A stretch of 64,000 bases of DNA from Acidobacteriota bacterium (GTDB lineage: Bacteria; Acidobacteriota; UBA6911; RPQK01; JAJDTT01). The DNA is taken from NCBI GenBank assembly GCA_965209055.1, contig OZ242374.1:2560001-2624000 (forward strand). Reading direction: 5' to 3'. The notes under the pieces are model-generated. The model made no database searches. It was not told where the DNA came from and worked only from the letters and a program-made list of their open reading frames with translations. Position 1 is the first letter of the stretch; every line of letters begins with the position of its first letter. This document shows, piece after piece, positions 38,762 through 47,313 of the stretch. Position numbers and translations under genes: made by a program.

Positions 38762-39877
38762 TCAGTCGATCCTGCCGAAGATCCCGACGTAGGTGGGTTT
38801 CTCGCTCGTGGGAACCGGGCCCCCGAACCGGGTCAGGCGGCCGTCCGGTCCGATCCGGAAGATGAGGATCGAGTCGGCGTCCTGATTCGCCACCAGCAAC
38901 AGCCGTCCGCCGGGATCGATGTCGAAGTTCCGCGGAATCCGGATCAATCCGTCTCCCTGCTCCCAGCCGATCCGTTCCAGTCGCCCCGTTCCGGGATCCA
39001 CCCGGAAGATGACGATGCTGTTGTGTCCCCGGTTGGACGCATAGACGAACTCCCCCGACGGAGAGACCAGGATGTGGGCGCCGGTGTTTCTGCTGCGGTC
39101 GAACCCGGAGGGCAGCGAGTCCACCGTCTCCCTGCCGGAGAGCCGGCCGGTGGCTGCGTCGTAGCGCCAGGAGTGGACCGTGCTGTTGGTCTCGTTGACG
39201 GCGTAGGCGAAGCGGCCGCCGGGATGAAACGCCATGTGCCGGGGACCGGCTCCCTCGTCGGTGGGAGCCACCGCCGGATCGTTCGGTTCCAACCGGCCCG
39301 ATTCGGCGTCGAAGCGGAACTGGGCAATGTAGTCGGAGTTGGTGCAGGGAATGAAATAGTAGTTGCCGCCGGGGTCCGCTTGGACCATGTGCGTCTTCTT
39401 TCCCACTTTTCTCGTTAGCACGGGGTTTCCCGCAGCGCCGTCGGGACCCAGGGGCAGGACCGAGACGTAGCCCGCTCCGGGATGATAGTGAACCACCAGG
39501 AGCCAGCGTCCCGAGGGATGCACGTGGAGGTGAGGAGGCGATCCCGGACCAACCGGGGTCCGTGAAATCCGCCGCAGGCCGCGGTCTCCGTCCTCGATGG
39601 CCAGAGCGACCACGTGGGGCGGTTCCAACCGGTCCAGGGCATACAGGAATTTCCCGTTGGGATGGCGCGCCACGTAGGGAAAGCTGCCCGAGTCGTCGGT
39701 GGGCCGCAGGGCCCCGGAGCCCCGCTTCTCCAGGATTCCCCGATTCAGGTCCAGCGTGTGGATGTCGATCCGGCTGCTCCCTCCGGCAACGTAGACGATC
39801 GGGTCCGGGTTTCGAGCCTTCACCGTCTGAGTCAAGAAAAGGACCATGAAGCAGTATCCGAGGTGTTTTTTAGCCAT
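38762..39877 (-). CDS. Lactonase (6-phosphogluconolactonase/cycloisomerase family)
   Basis: GAGPRHMAFHP, YAVNE, YASNRGHNSI, PRNF, VANQD; start codon uncertain. Confidence 0.85.
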   Translation of the reverse strand: MAKKHLGYCFMVLFLTQTVKARNPDPIVYVAGGSSRIDIHTLDLNRGILEKRGSGALRPTDDSGSFPYVARHPNGKFLYALDRLEPPHVVALAIEDGDRGLRRISRTPVGPGSPPHLHVHPSGRWLLVVHYHPGAGYVSVLPLGPDGAAGNPVLTRKVGKKTHMVQADPGGNYYFIPCTNSDYIAQFRFDAESGRLEPNDPAVAPTDEGAGPRHMAFHPGGRFAYAVNETNSTVHSWRYDAATGRLSGRETVDSLPSGFDRSRNTGAHILVSPSGEFVYASNRGHNSIVIFRVDPGTGRLERIGWEQGDGLIRIPRNFDIDPGGRLLLVANQDADSILIFRIGPDGRLTRFGGPVPTSEKPTYVGIFGRID

Positions 39878-39948
39878 CTGTGTGCCTGCGGCGGCCCATG
39901 ATAGCATGCCTTTTCCGAGATCCCGGAGAGCCAAAGAGGAGGGTGGCC

Positions 39949-41460
39949 ATGTCTCAAACCATCGATCGGCGCCAGTTCCAGAAACGGCTCACGGCCGCGC
40001 TTGCCGCCACTGCCGTGCTGCCGCTGGGATGCGAGACACGGGGCCCGGCTTCCGAGGCTCCGGTTTCGTCCGGAGACAAAACTCCCGAGGGAGGCAGCGG
40101 AATCCTGAGCGTGACCCGGGGGGCTCCCGTCCTCACGGTGCCGGAGGTCATGCCGGAGGGCGCGCGATGGCGCTACGGCCTGATACTCCCCTTCCAGGCC
40201 GGGCCCTACACCGGGGGAGCCTTCGTCAACGTGCGCATCCGCAACGGGGTCATGGGCCACAAGAGCGGCCATGGCGACTACGAGGTGGGAAACGACGTGG
40301 TGCTCTTCGATTCCATCGATGGGATTCGTTCGGGCTCGACCTTGAATCTCCACCGCAATCACGACGAGCCGAATCCCCACTCCGATCCGCCGGGGCAGAC
40401 GTCCATCATGGTCAAGTACCCCATGCGGGGTGGCTTCGTTCCCCTGGGAGCCAAAACCGCCTCGGGAGCGGATCACTCGGCCGCGGGGACGGGGTTCGGT
40501 ATCAGCCTGGCGCTGGCGCGGCGCAAGAAGGGGACGGACCACCCCGACGGAGCCGAGTACAGCCAGGAGGAAAATTACCAGTACTTCGAGGTGTTCCAAC
40601 TGTCCTTCGACGGCGAACGGATGCGGCGGACCGATGTGCAGAGGTTCCGGCCGGAATCCATGGTCGAGGGGTGGTGGATCTACAACGGCGGGCTCGCCAA
40701 CGCCATTCCTTCGGGCGACGATCTTCTGCTGTGCGTGTCCGCGGCCGCGCGCAAGGGCGGTGACGGCTACGATCCCCGCGTGCCGGGCGGCTCCGGTGTC
40801 CTTCGCTGGAGCCGGCAGGGAGGCCGGTGGCAACCCGAGTCGTTCGTCATGGTGACCGGCGCCGACTCCTCCAGCGAGGCCAGCCTGATCCGGGATCTGG
40901 ATGGATCGCTTCTCTTCGCAGCCCGGCCCGGCCCGCAGGATTTCCACTCGATCCGGGTCTGGCGGTCACAGGACGAGGGGCGGAGCTGGAAGAAGATCAT
41001 CGATGTCCGGGGGGTCATCTCCATCGCCCCCATCACCCTGAACCAGGCTGTGGACGGGACTCCCTACATTGCTTCGAACATCTACCTGGTGCCGACCCAT
41101 CCCATCGACAAGCGCTTCCGGACCATTCGGGACCGCCAGGGCCGAGTGAGGGGAGGCGGATGGACCCGGCAGAAGCTCTACCTCTGGCCGCTGAACCAGG
41201 AGCGCACCGGTTTGGAGGCGCCCATTCCGGCCCGCGACTGCCGGGCGGAGTTCGGTCCGCCGCCGGGAGATTCCATGTGGCGGGTGGACCACCCTTTTGC
41301 CGCCAATCTCCATCTGGGAGACGGGAATTGGCACAACGTCATGGGTTACCGGATCCATGAGGATGTGGAGGACCATGATGCCGTCCTTCCCCCCGAGACC
41401 GGTTCGTACCTGGAGGAGGTCATCTCCGCCGGCCCGCCGATTCCTGCTTGGAAATTCTGA
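39949..41460 (+). CDS. Tat lipoprotein, beta-propeller/Asp-box hypothetical
   Basis: DRRQFQK...LPLGC; one Asp-box SQDEGRSW; RBS GAGGAGG. Confidence 0.7.
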   Translation: MSQTIDRRQFQKRLTAALAATAVLPLGCETRGPASEAPVSSGDKTPEGGSGILSVTRGAPVLTVPEVMPEGARWRYGLILPFQAGPYTGGAFVNVRIRNGVMGHKSGHGDYEVGNDVVLFDSIDGIRSGSTLNLHRNHDEPNPHSDPPGQTSIMVKYPMRGGFVPLGAKTASGADHSAAGTGFGISLALARRKKGTDHPDGAEYSQEENYQYFEVFQLSFDGERMRRTDVQRFRPESMVEGWWIYNGGLANAIPSGDDLLLCVSAAARKGGDGYDPRVPGGSGVLRWSRQGGRWQPESFVMVTGADSSSEASLIRDLDGSLLFAARPGPQDFHSIRVWRSQDEGRSWKKIIDVRGVISIAPITLNQAVDGTPYIASNIYLVPTHPIDKRFRTIRDRQGRVRGGGWTRQKLYLWPLNQERTGLEAPIPARDCRAEFGPPPGDSMWRVDHPFAANLHLGDGNWHNVMGYRIHEDVEDHDAVLPPETGSYLEEVISAGPPIPAWKF

Positions 41461-41470
41461 GTTCGGGGGA

Positions 41471-41662
41471 CGGGTCGGCGCCGAGTCGCTTCTGTGGGGG
41501 AGCGACAGCCCGTACGGGGTGTCGCAGTGGTGCACCTACCGGCAGTCGCTCGACTTCATCCGGGTGCACTGCGGCTTCCTGTCGGCGGCGGAGAAGGCGG
41601 CCATTTTGGGTGGCAATGCCGCCCGGCTGTTCGAATTGGAACGATCGGCGCGGCGTAGCTGA
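41471..41662 (+). pseudogene. 3' fragment of an amidohydrolase (paralog of 43986-44177)
   Basis: RVGAESLLWGSDSPYG.SQWCT.RQS.DFIRVHC.FLS..EKAAILGGNA.RLF; no start codon. Confidence 0.85.
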
Positions 41663-41693
41663 AGCCGTCCTGCCACCGCACTCGGCCGTCGGG

Positions 41694-42107
41694 TTACGCT
41701 CGTTGGTAGGCCAGGGCGGCTGCATATCCGCAAGCCAACGTCTGGACTATGCCGTATATGTACCAGTGCATGGACATTGAGAACGAAATGGGCATCACGG
41801 CGTAGCTGGTGAACACCGCAGGTAAGAAGATGAGATTGCCAATCAACATCCCGTATGGGCCCCCCTCCTTGAGACCTTCCCCTTTGTAGCCAACGGTGAA
41901 ACCGAAGGTGAACAAAAAGGAGAAAATCAAGCCACCCAGCATGATCAGCCCCATGTTGATGTCCTCCGGCATGCGCCACATCGTATGGGTTTCCTGGTAG
42001 AAATCTGTCATGAGCACCTGATGAATTATGAATCCCAGCACCTCATGTACGACGAAAACCGCTGCGACGGCCAGGAAAAATTTCTTACTGTTCACGTTGC
42101 TGCTCAT
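41694..42107 (-). CDS. Four-TM membrane protein (DUF1761-like), paralog A
   Basis: Four hydrophobic segments; RBS GGAGGAG; YQET..WRMPE and GY.G.GL.EG..YG.L.G shared with 44188-44589. Confidence 0.8.
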   Translation of the reverse strand: MSSNVNSKKFFLAVAAVFVVHEVLGFIIHQVLMTDFYQETHTMWRMPEDINMGLIMLGGLIFSFLFTFGFTVGYKGEGLKEGGPYGMLIGNLIFLPAVFTSYAVMPISFSMSMHWYIYGIVQTLACGYAAALAYQRA

Positions 42108-42196
42108 TCCCTCTCCTCCCACGAAATGAATTCTGTGTCGTACTGAACGACAAGAGGACAATTCTTGTTCACTCAATCCGCTGAATCAATGGCGCC

Positions 42197-42235
42197 ACCT
42201 TGGATTCCTGGACTCTTCCTCCGGGAATGCAAGGT
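42197..42235. promoter_or_regulatory. 16-7-16 inverted repeat, homolog of the AAA-DUF4143 upstream element
   Basis: ACCTTGGATTCCTGGA-N7-TCCGGGAATGCAAGGT (14/16 symmetric). Confidence 0.75.
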
Positions 42236-42288
42236 TTGTTGTTTTGGCCTGACGATTCAGGCGCGTTTATGATTTGACCCTTGGTGTA

Positions 42289-42480
42289 CTCGTGAAGATC
42301 GACCTTCACCCCGACCCTGTCAGCGGCCCGGGGCAACGGCTTGTCGGGAATCGCCCATCTCATCCCTGTCCGTCTGTTGACGAAGACGTAAGGGGTGCTC
42401 CGGTAGCGGGGGAGCCCGGTCAGGGATCCGGCGGCGTACTTCGAGAGTGGTATCTCCCTCGACTCACGTTTCTCAACCGC
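42289..42480 (-). pseudogene. Tyrosine recombinase/integrase remnant
   Basis: K..SREIPLS..A...L..LPR...TPYVF....TG..W..P.K...RAADRVG.K..LH, resembling the segment before the HxLR box; both ends missing. Confidence 0.55.
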
Positions 42481-42848
42481 TGATCCTCGCCCTTCCACTA
42501 CGGCTTGGCCGAACGGTTACTTCGATGCCGGCTTTTTGGCTGTCCCACCCGGAAGCTCCTTAGCCAAGCGTCCCTTTCCCGTCGCCGCGAAGATCGCAAT
42601 CGAGGACCCTTACGCCCGAAGGGAAAAAAGTTTGTGACCGATTCCGTTTTCGGGCGTTGTATTGACTAGAGCGCGAAAATGCGAGGTCCGTCGAAGGAAA
42701 TGAGATGCTCAATCCATGGCACTTGGCTTGCGACGGCATTGACCTCCAGGTTTCTTCAGGGCAGGCCCCGACCTGTCCCCCTTGTGCCCGCCGACTGGCG
42801 AAACGCCGAATCCGGATGCGCCGGGATTCTTCCCCGGAAGGAGGCTGT

Positions 42849-42941
42849 ATGAGAACACGCACCAAAAATGATGACCGGGAATTCAGGATCGCCTTGCTGC
42901 TGCTGGTGGCCTTGTTGCTGCTGGCCAGCCTGCCGGGCTGA
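42849..42941 (+). CDS. 30-aa single-TM small protein
   Basis: AAGGAGG RBS 4 nt before the ATG; MRTRTKNDDREFRIALLLLVALLLLASLPG. Confidence 0.5.
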   Translation: MRTRTKNDDREFRIALLLLVALLLLASLPG

Positions 42942-43340
42942 GTGGCGCGGCACGCGCCGGACTGATCCAAAGTGCGAGATGTGAAGCCGACGTGGAGACC
43001 CAGGTGCGGCTGTACGATCGAGCTGGGGGCGACGCTTCCGCAAGACCGTGGAAGACCAGTCGCAGGCGGCGGGCCTCTTGACGCATTCGTGCCTCGATTC
43101 GGTCAGTGCGATTCTGGACCTCCGCGACCGGCGCCAACGAGAAGGACTGCCTCATCCGGCGGCAGCGGGACCCTCGCCCCCCGTGAGATGAGTAGATCCG
43201 AACGAGTTCCCATGAAAGGTCACCCATGAATCCGGAAGCATCCCTCGAAGACCTCATCGACGGAGTCGCGCTGAGCCTCCTGATTGTCGTGGCGGCGTTC
43301 TTTGCTTTGCAGGTCGCCTGCTGAACCGGGGGCATTCCCA

Positions 43341-44177
43341 GGGACGCAGATCTACCCGCCCAGCCTGACCAACAACGAAGCCAGCCCGGAGCGGATGGTG
43401 GCGGAAATGGACATGGCGGGCGTCGACATCGGCGTGCTGCAGTCGGACCTTGTCTATGGCGATCTCAACGAGTACTACGCCGAGGCGGCCGCCCGTTATC
43501 CGGGCCGCTTCATCCCGCTGGCACAGATCTGGGAGCCGGAAGCGGTCGATGCCGGCCGGCTGTCCCGCCTGAGGGAGGGATTCGATGAGCTGGGCATGCG
43601 CGGCCTCTATTTCAGTGTCGAGCCCCTTTCGGTCATGCAGGCCGACCGCTCGCTGAACGATCCCACGTTCGACGCCCTCTGGCAGGTGGAGGAGGAGTGG
43701 GCGCTTCCGGTGTTCTGGTTCCTGGACGACCGTGCGTTGGACCGGGTGGGCCTGTTCATGCGCCGCGTCGCGGAACTGGACGAGTGGACCGGGCGCCACC
43801 CGGACGTGCCGTGCGTGATCACCCACGGCCTGGTGCCGGCTGCGATCATCCACCAGATCGGTGTGCCGGAGGAGCTGCTGCAGGTGCTCGAACGGCCGCA
43901 GGTGCACGCCGAACTGCTGATGCCGGCCAAGTGGCCCGATTACCCTTACCCCGAAGGCCAGAAGCTCTTACGGGTACTGCGCGACCGCGTCGGCGCCGAG
44001 TCGCTGCTGTGGGGGAGCGACAGCCCGTACGGGATGTCTCAGTGGTGCACCCACCGGCAGTCGATCGACTTCATCCGTGTACACTGCGACTTTCTCTCGG
44101 AGACGGAAAAGGCGGCGATCCTGGGCGGCAATGCCGTCCGGCTGTTCGGCCTGGAGCGCGCGGCGCCGCGAAGCTGA
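43341..44177 (+). pseudogene. 5'-truncated amidohydrolase (Amidohydro_2 family)
   Basis: EMDMAGVD, YPGRFIPLA, LLWGSD, ILGGNA present; N-terminal DxHxH motif and a credible start are missing. Confidence 0.7.
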
Positions 44178-44187
44178 AACCGCCGGG

Positions 44188-44589
44188 TCAAGCCCGCTCG
44201 TAGACCAGGACGGCAACGAGTCCGCAGGCCACGACCTGGACCGTCCCATAGATGGACCAGGCGATGGCCAGCGCCAAAGTGATGGGCTGCACGGCGTAGG
44301 TCCCAAATGCCGCGGGGACCGAGATCAGGAGGCCGACCAGCAGTCCGTACCGAAGCCCTTCCATAAGACCTTTCCCTTCATAGCCCTTGGTGAAGATATA
44401 GGTGAAGAGCAGGGACCACACGAGCCCGACCAGATAGACCAAGCCGATGTTGACCTCTTCCGGCATCCGCCACAACGAGTACGTCTCTTGGTAGTAGGGT
44501 GTCAAGAGCACCGCGTGGATGACGTATCCCAGGACCTCACGAACGACGAGAACCGCCAAGGCGGTCAAAAGGAATCTCTTTATGTTCAC
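44188..44589 (-). CDS. Four-TM membrane protein (DUF1761-like), paralog B
   Basis: GTG start with RBS GGAGG; clear paralog of 41694-42107. Confidence 0.8.
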   Translation of the reverse strand: MNIKRFLLTALAVLVVREVLGYVIHAVLLTPYYQETYSLWRMPEEVNIGLVYLVGLVWSLLFTYIFTKGYEGKGLMEGLRYGLLVGLLISVPAAFGTYAVQPITLALAIAWSIYGTVQVVACGLVAVLVYERA

Positions 44590-44694
44590 CTCATTTCCTC
44601 CCCTGGATAGGAATTTGCATCGGAATGCAAGACGCGATCCGAAGATTTCGTTCTGAATCTACTACGGCCGCTCCTTACCGATCCAGGAGGGTGC

Positions 44695-45870
44695 CTAATG
44701 GTCCCGGCTGGAGAGTTCGTCGGCGAGAGCCTCCAAGCCGATGGCTTCGAGGTTGTCCCCTTTCGGATAACGATCCTCGCCCGAGTGCACCAGAAACGCC
44801 TTTTCCGGCTGTAGATCGGTCAGCGCGACCCGCAAGCCCCGCTCCACTTTGGGGGCGAGTCCGCGTTTGATCTCGATGGCCCAGAGGCGGCCTCCCGGAA
44901 GCTCCAGTACCAGATCGACCTCGACGCCGGTGGCGGTGCGATAGAAGCTGGCTTGGGTGCGCTCGGGGGCGGCCCGGATCAGGGTTTCCAGGACGAATCC
45001 TTCCCAACTCTTGCCGGCGACGGGGTGACCGAGGACGCTCTCCTCATCACCGAGGCGCAGCAACGTGTGGACGATGCCGCTGTCGCGGACGTAGAGCCGG
45101 GGGGATTTCACCAGACGCTTCCGAACGTTGGCGAAAAACGGCGGCAGCCGGCGAACCAACAGCAGGTCAACCAACAGGTCCAGGTACTTGGCCACGGTCT
45201 TGCCGTCGACGGCGAGAGCGCGGGCCAGATTCGCCGCGTTCAGTAGATCCCCCTGGCCATGGGCCAGCATGGTCCAGAGCCGCCGCAAGGTTTCGGCCGG
45301 GATCCGAGGCCCCAACTGAGGGATGTCCCGTTCCAGATAGCTCCGGACGAACTGATCCCGCCACCGCGCGCTCTGATGATCGCTTGGCGCCAGAAAGCTG
45401 GGCGGGAATCCGCCCCTGATCCAGAGTGAAGTCCGGGTCTCTTCTCGGGTCTCCCGGATGTCCAGCGGCGACAGTTCCAGGCAGGCAATACGTCCAGCCA
45501 GGCTCTCGCCCGATTGCCGCAACAGATCGATGGCGGCGGAACCGAGAATGAGGAATTGACCGGCGGGCTCGCCACCCCGGATGCGTTCGTCGATGAGAAC
45601 GCGCAAGAGCTGGAAGAGCTCCGGCGCGCGTTGCACTTCGTCGAGCACCACGAGCCGTCCGCGCAGGGAGCGGAGGTAGGCGCCCTGATCCTCCAGCTTG
45701 ACCAGATCGGCGGGGTCTTCCAGATCCAGGTACACGCTGCCGGCAGTGCGCGCTAAATCCCGGGCCAGAGTCGTCTTTCCCACCTGCCGGGGCCCAAGAA
45801 GGGCAACGGCCGGGAACTGACGCAGATATGACTCGACTTTGGGTCGCAACACTCGCGGAATCGTGGACAC
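44695..45870 (-). CDS. AAA+ ATPase with DUF4143 (AAA_14 + wHTH + PD-(D/E)XK-like domain)
   Basis: GPRQVGKTT, LDEVQ, LGSA, RGGFP, KSPRLYVRDSG, EVDLV...AIEIK. Confidence 0.9.
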   Translation of the reverse strand: MSTIPRVLRPKVESYLRQFPAVALLGPRQVGKTTLARDLARTAGSVYLDLEDPADLVKLEDQGAYLRSLRGRLVVLDEVQRAPELFQLLRVLIDERIRGGEPAGQFLILGSAAIDLLRQSGESLAGRIACLELSPLDIRETREETRTSLWIRGGFPPSFLAPSDHQSARWRDQFVRSYLERDIPQLGPRIPAETLRRLWTMLAHGQGDLLNAANLARALAVDGKTVAKYLDLLVDLLLVRRLPPFFANVRKRLVKSPRLYVRDSGIVHTLLRLGDEESVLGHPVAGKSWEGFVLETLIRAAPERTQASFYRTATGVEVDLVLELPGGRLWAIEIKRGLAPKVERGLRVALTDLQPEKAFLVHSGEDRYPKGDNLEAIGLEALADELSSRDH

Positions 45871-45871
45871 A

Positions 45872-45910
45872 ACCTTGCAATTACGGAACTGATCTCCAGG
45901 AATGCAAGTT
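45872..45910. promoter_or_regulatory. 16-7-16 inverted repeat immediately upstream of the AAA-DUF4143 gene
   Basis: ACCTTGCAATTACGGA-N7-TCCAGGAATGCAAGTT. Confidence 0.7.
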
Positions 45911-45951
45911 TAAACGAGAAAATGAGGGAGTCTCGAGGTGGAAATTATCGT

Positions 45952-45983
45952 TTGACACTAGGTGTACTATGTGAAATAGTACA
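45952..45983 (+). promoter_or_regulatory. Leaderless promoter with YtrA-type operator
   Basis: TTGACA-17-AATAGT, ATG 6 nt later; perfect inverted repeat TGTACTAT-N5-ATAGTACA. Confidence 0.8.
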
Positions 45984-45986
45984 GCT

Positions 45987-46397
45987 ATGCTTCCGTTCGC
46001 GGTCCGGTTGCGCACCGGCGTCTCCGTTTACCGGCAACTGGTCTATGCGGTCCAGAAGGCGGTGGTCTCAGGACAGTTGCTTCCCGGCGACCGGTTTCCT
46101 TCCGTACGGAACCTGAGCCAGGAGCTCCGGATCAATCCCAACACGGCTCAGAAGGTGGTGAGGCGGCTGGTGGATCAAGGGCTCCTGGAGGTCCAACCGG
46201 GCATCGGCACCATCGTCGGCCAGCTGCCGGAGGCGACCCCGCGGGAACGCTCGGCGCTGCTGGAGGACGAGGTCGAGCAGGTGGTGGTGGAGGCCAGAAG
46301 GTTGTCCCTGACTCGGGACCAGCTCGTCCGAGCGGTCGAGGACCAGTGGGAACGGCTCTCGAATGCCGGGAATCAGAGGAAGCAGAAGGAGGGGTGA
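45987..46397 (+). CDS. GntR family regulator, YtrA subfamily
   Basis: VYRQL, PGDRFPSVRNLSQELRINPNT, PGIGT; short C-terminal domain. Confidence 0.9.
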   Translation: MLPFAVRLRTGVSVYRQLVYAVQKAVVSGQLLPGDRFPSVRNLSQELRINPNTAQKVVRRLVDQGLLEVQPGIGTIVGQLPEATPRERSALLEDEVEQVVVEARRLSLTRDQLVRAVEDQWERLSNAGNQRKQKEG

Positions 46398-46398
46398 C

Positions 46399-47313
46399 AT
46401 GAACGCCGTCATCGAGACTCAAGGACTGACCCGCCGATTTCGGAAGACCGTTGCCGTCAAGGATCTCTCTCTGGAGGTCCCGGCCGGCAGCATCTTCGCC
46501 CTGCTGGGCCCCAACGGCGCCGGCAAGACCACACTCATCAAGATGGTCATGAACATGGTCCGGCCCTCCGGTGGCAGGGCCACGATTCTGGGAACCGATT
46601 CGCTTCGTCTGGGACCGCCCCAGTTGGAGCGGATCGGCTACGTCTCCGAAAACCAGGAGTTGCCGGAATGGATGACCGTCCAGGAGCTGATCGATTACTG
46701 CCGGCCCTTCTACCCGGCTTGGGACGACGACTTATGCCGCCGGCTAATCCGGCAGTTCAACCTCCCCCTGGCGCGTCAGCTGAAGACTTTTTCCCGCGGG
46801 ATGAAGGTCAAGGCGGCGCTGTTGTCGTCCCTTTCCTACCGGCCGGAACTGATGATCCTGGACGAACCTTTCACCGGCCTGGACGCGCTGGTCCGGGATG
46901 AGTTGATTCGGGGCCTGCTGGAGGTGACGGACAGGAAGGAGCGGACCATCTTCATCGCCTCCCACGACATCGACGAAGTGGAGCGTCTGGCCGATTGGGT
47001 GGGAGTGATCCACAACGGCGAGATGCAGATGTCCGAGCCTGCGGCGTCGCTTCGAATCCGCTTCCGCCGGTGCGAGGCGACTTTGGAACGAGGCCAAGAG
47101 ATACCGGAGACCCTCCCGGAAACATGGCTGATGGCAGAGCGGGCCGGACAGGTGCTCCGTTTCGTGGATAGCCGTTTCCAAAACGGAACCGGCGCGGAAA
47201 CCATTCGGGAGGTCCTTCCGGGAGTCAAGGACCTCGACGTGAGCCCCATGTCTCTGAAGGAAATCTTTCTCGCATTGGCTCGATCTTGGCGGCTCTACGA
47301 GGAGGAGGGATGA
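46399..47313 (+). CDS. ABC transporter ATP-binding protein (YtrB-like)
   Basis: GPNGAGKTT, FSRGM, ILDEP, ASH. Confidence 0.95.
   Translation: MNAVIETQGLTRRFRKTVAVKDLSLEVPAGSIFALLGPNGAGKTTLIKMVMNMVRPSGGRATILGTDSLRLGPPQLERIGYVSENQELPEWMTVQELIDYCRPFYPAWDDDLCRRLIRQFNLPLARQLKTFSRGMKVKAALLSSLSYRPELMILDEPFTGLDALVRDELIRGLLEVTDRKERTIFIASHDIDEVERLADWVGVIHNGEMQMSEPAASLRIRFRRCEATLERGQEIPETLPETWLMAERAGQVLRFVDSRFQNGTGAETIREVLPGVKDLDVSPMSLKEIFLALARSWRLYEEEG

Noticed and set aside
42685-42830. c-di-GMP-II or ZTP riboswitch
   Set aside because: GGCACTTG and GACTGGCGAA match partially, but the required downstream elements (GTGCAACC pseudoknot partner; P1 pairing and CGCCTGGGC) are absent
42960-43330. Additional gene between the small peptide and the amidohydrolase fragment
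   Set aside because: Coding-like patches in shifting frames with no assignable family; probably decayed sequence
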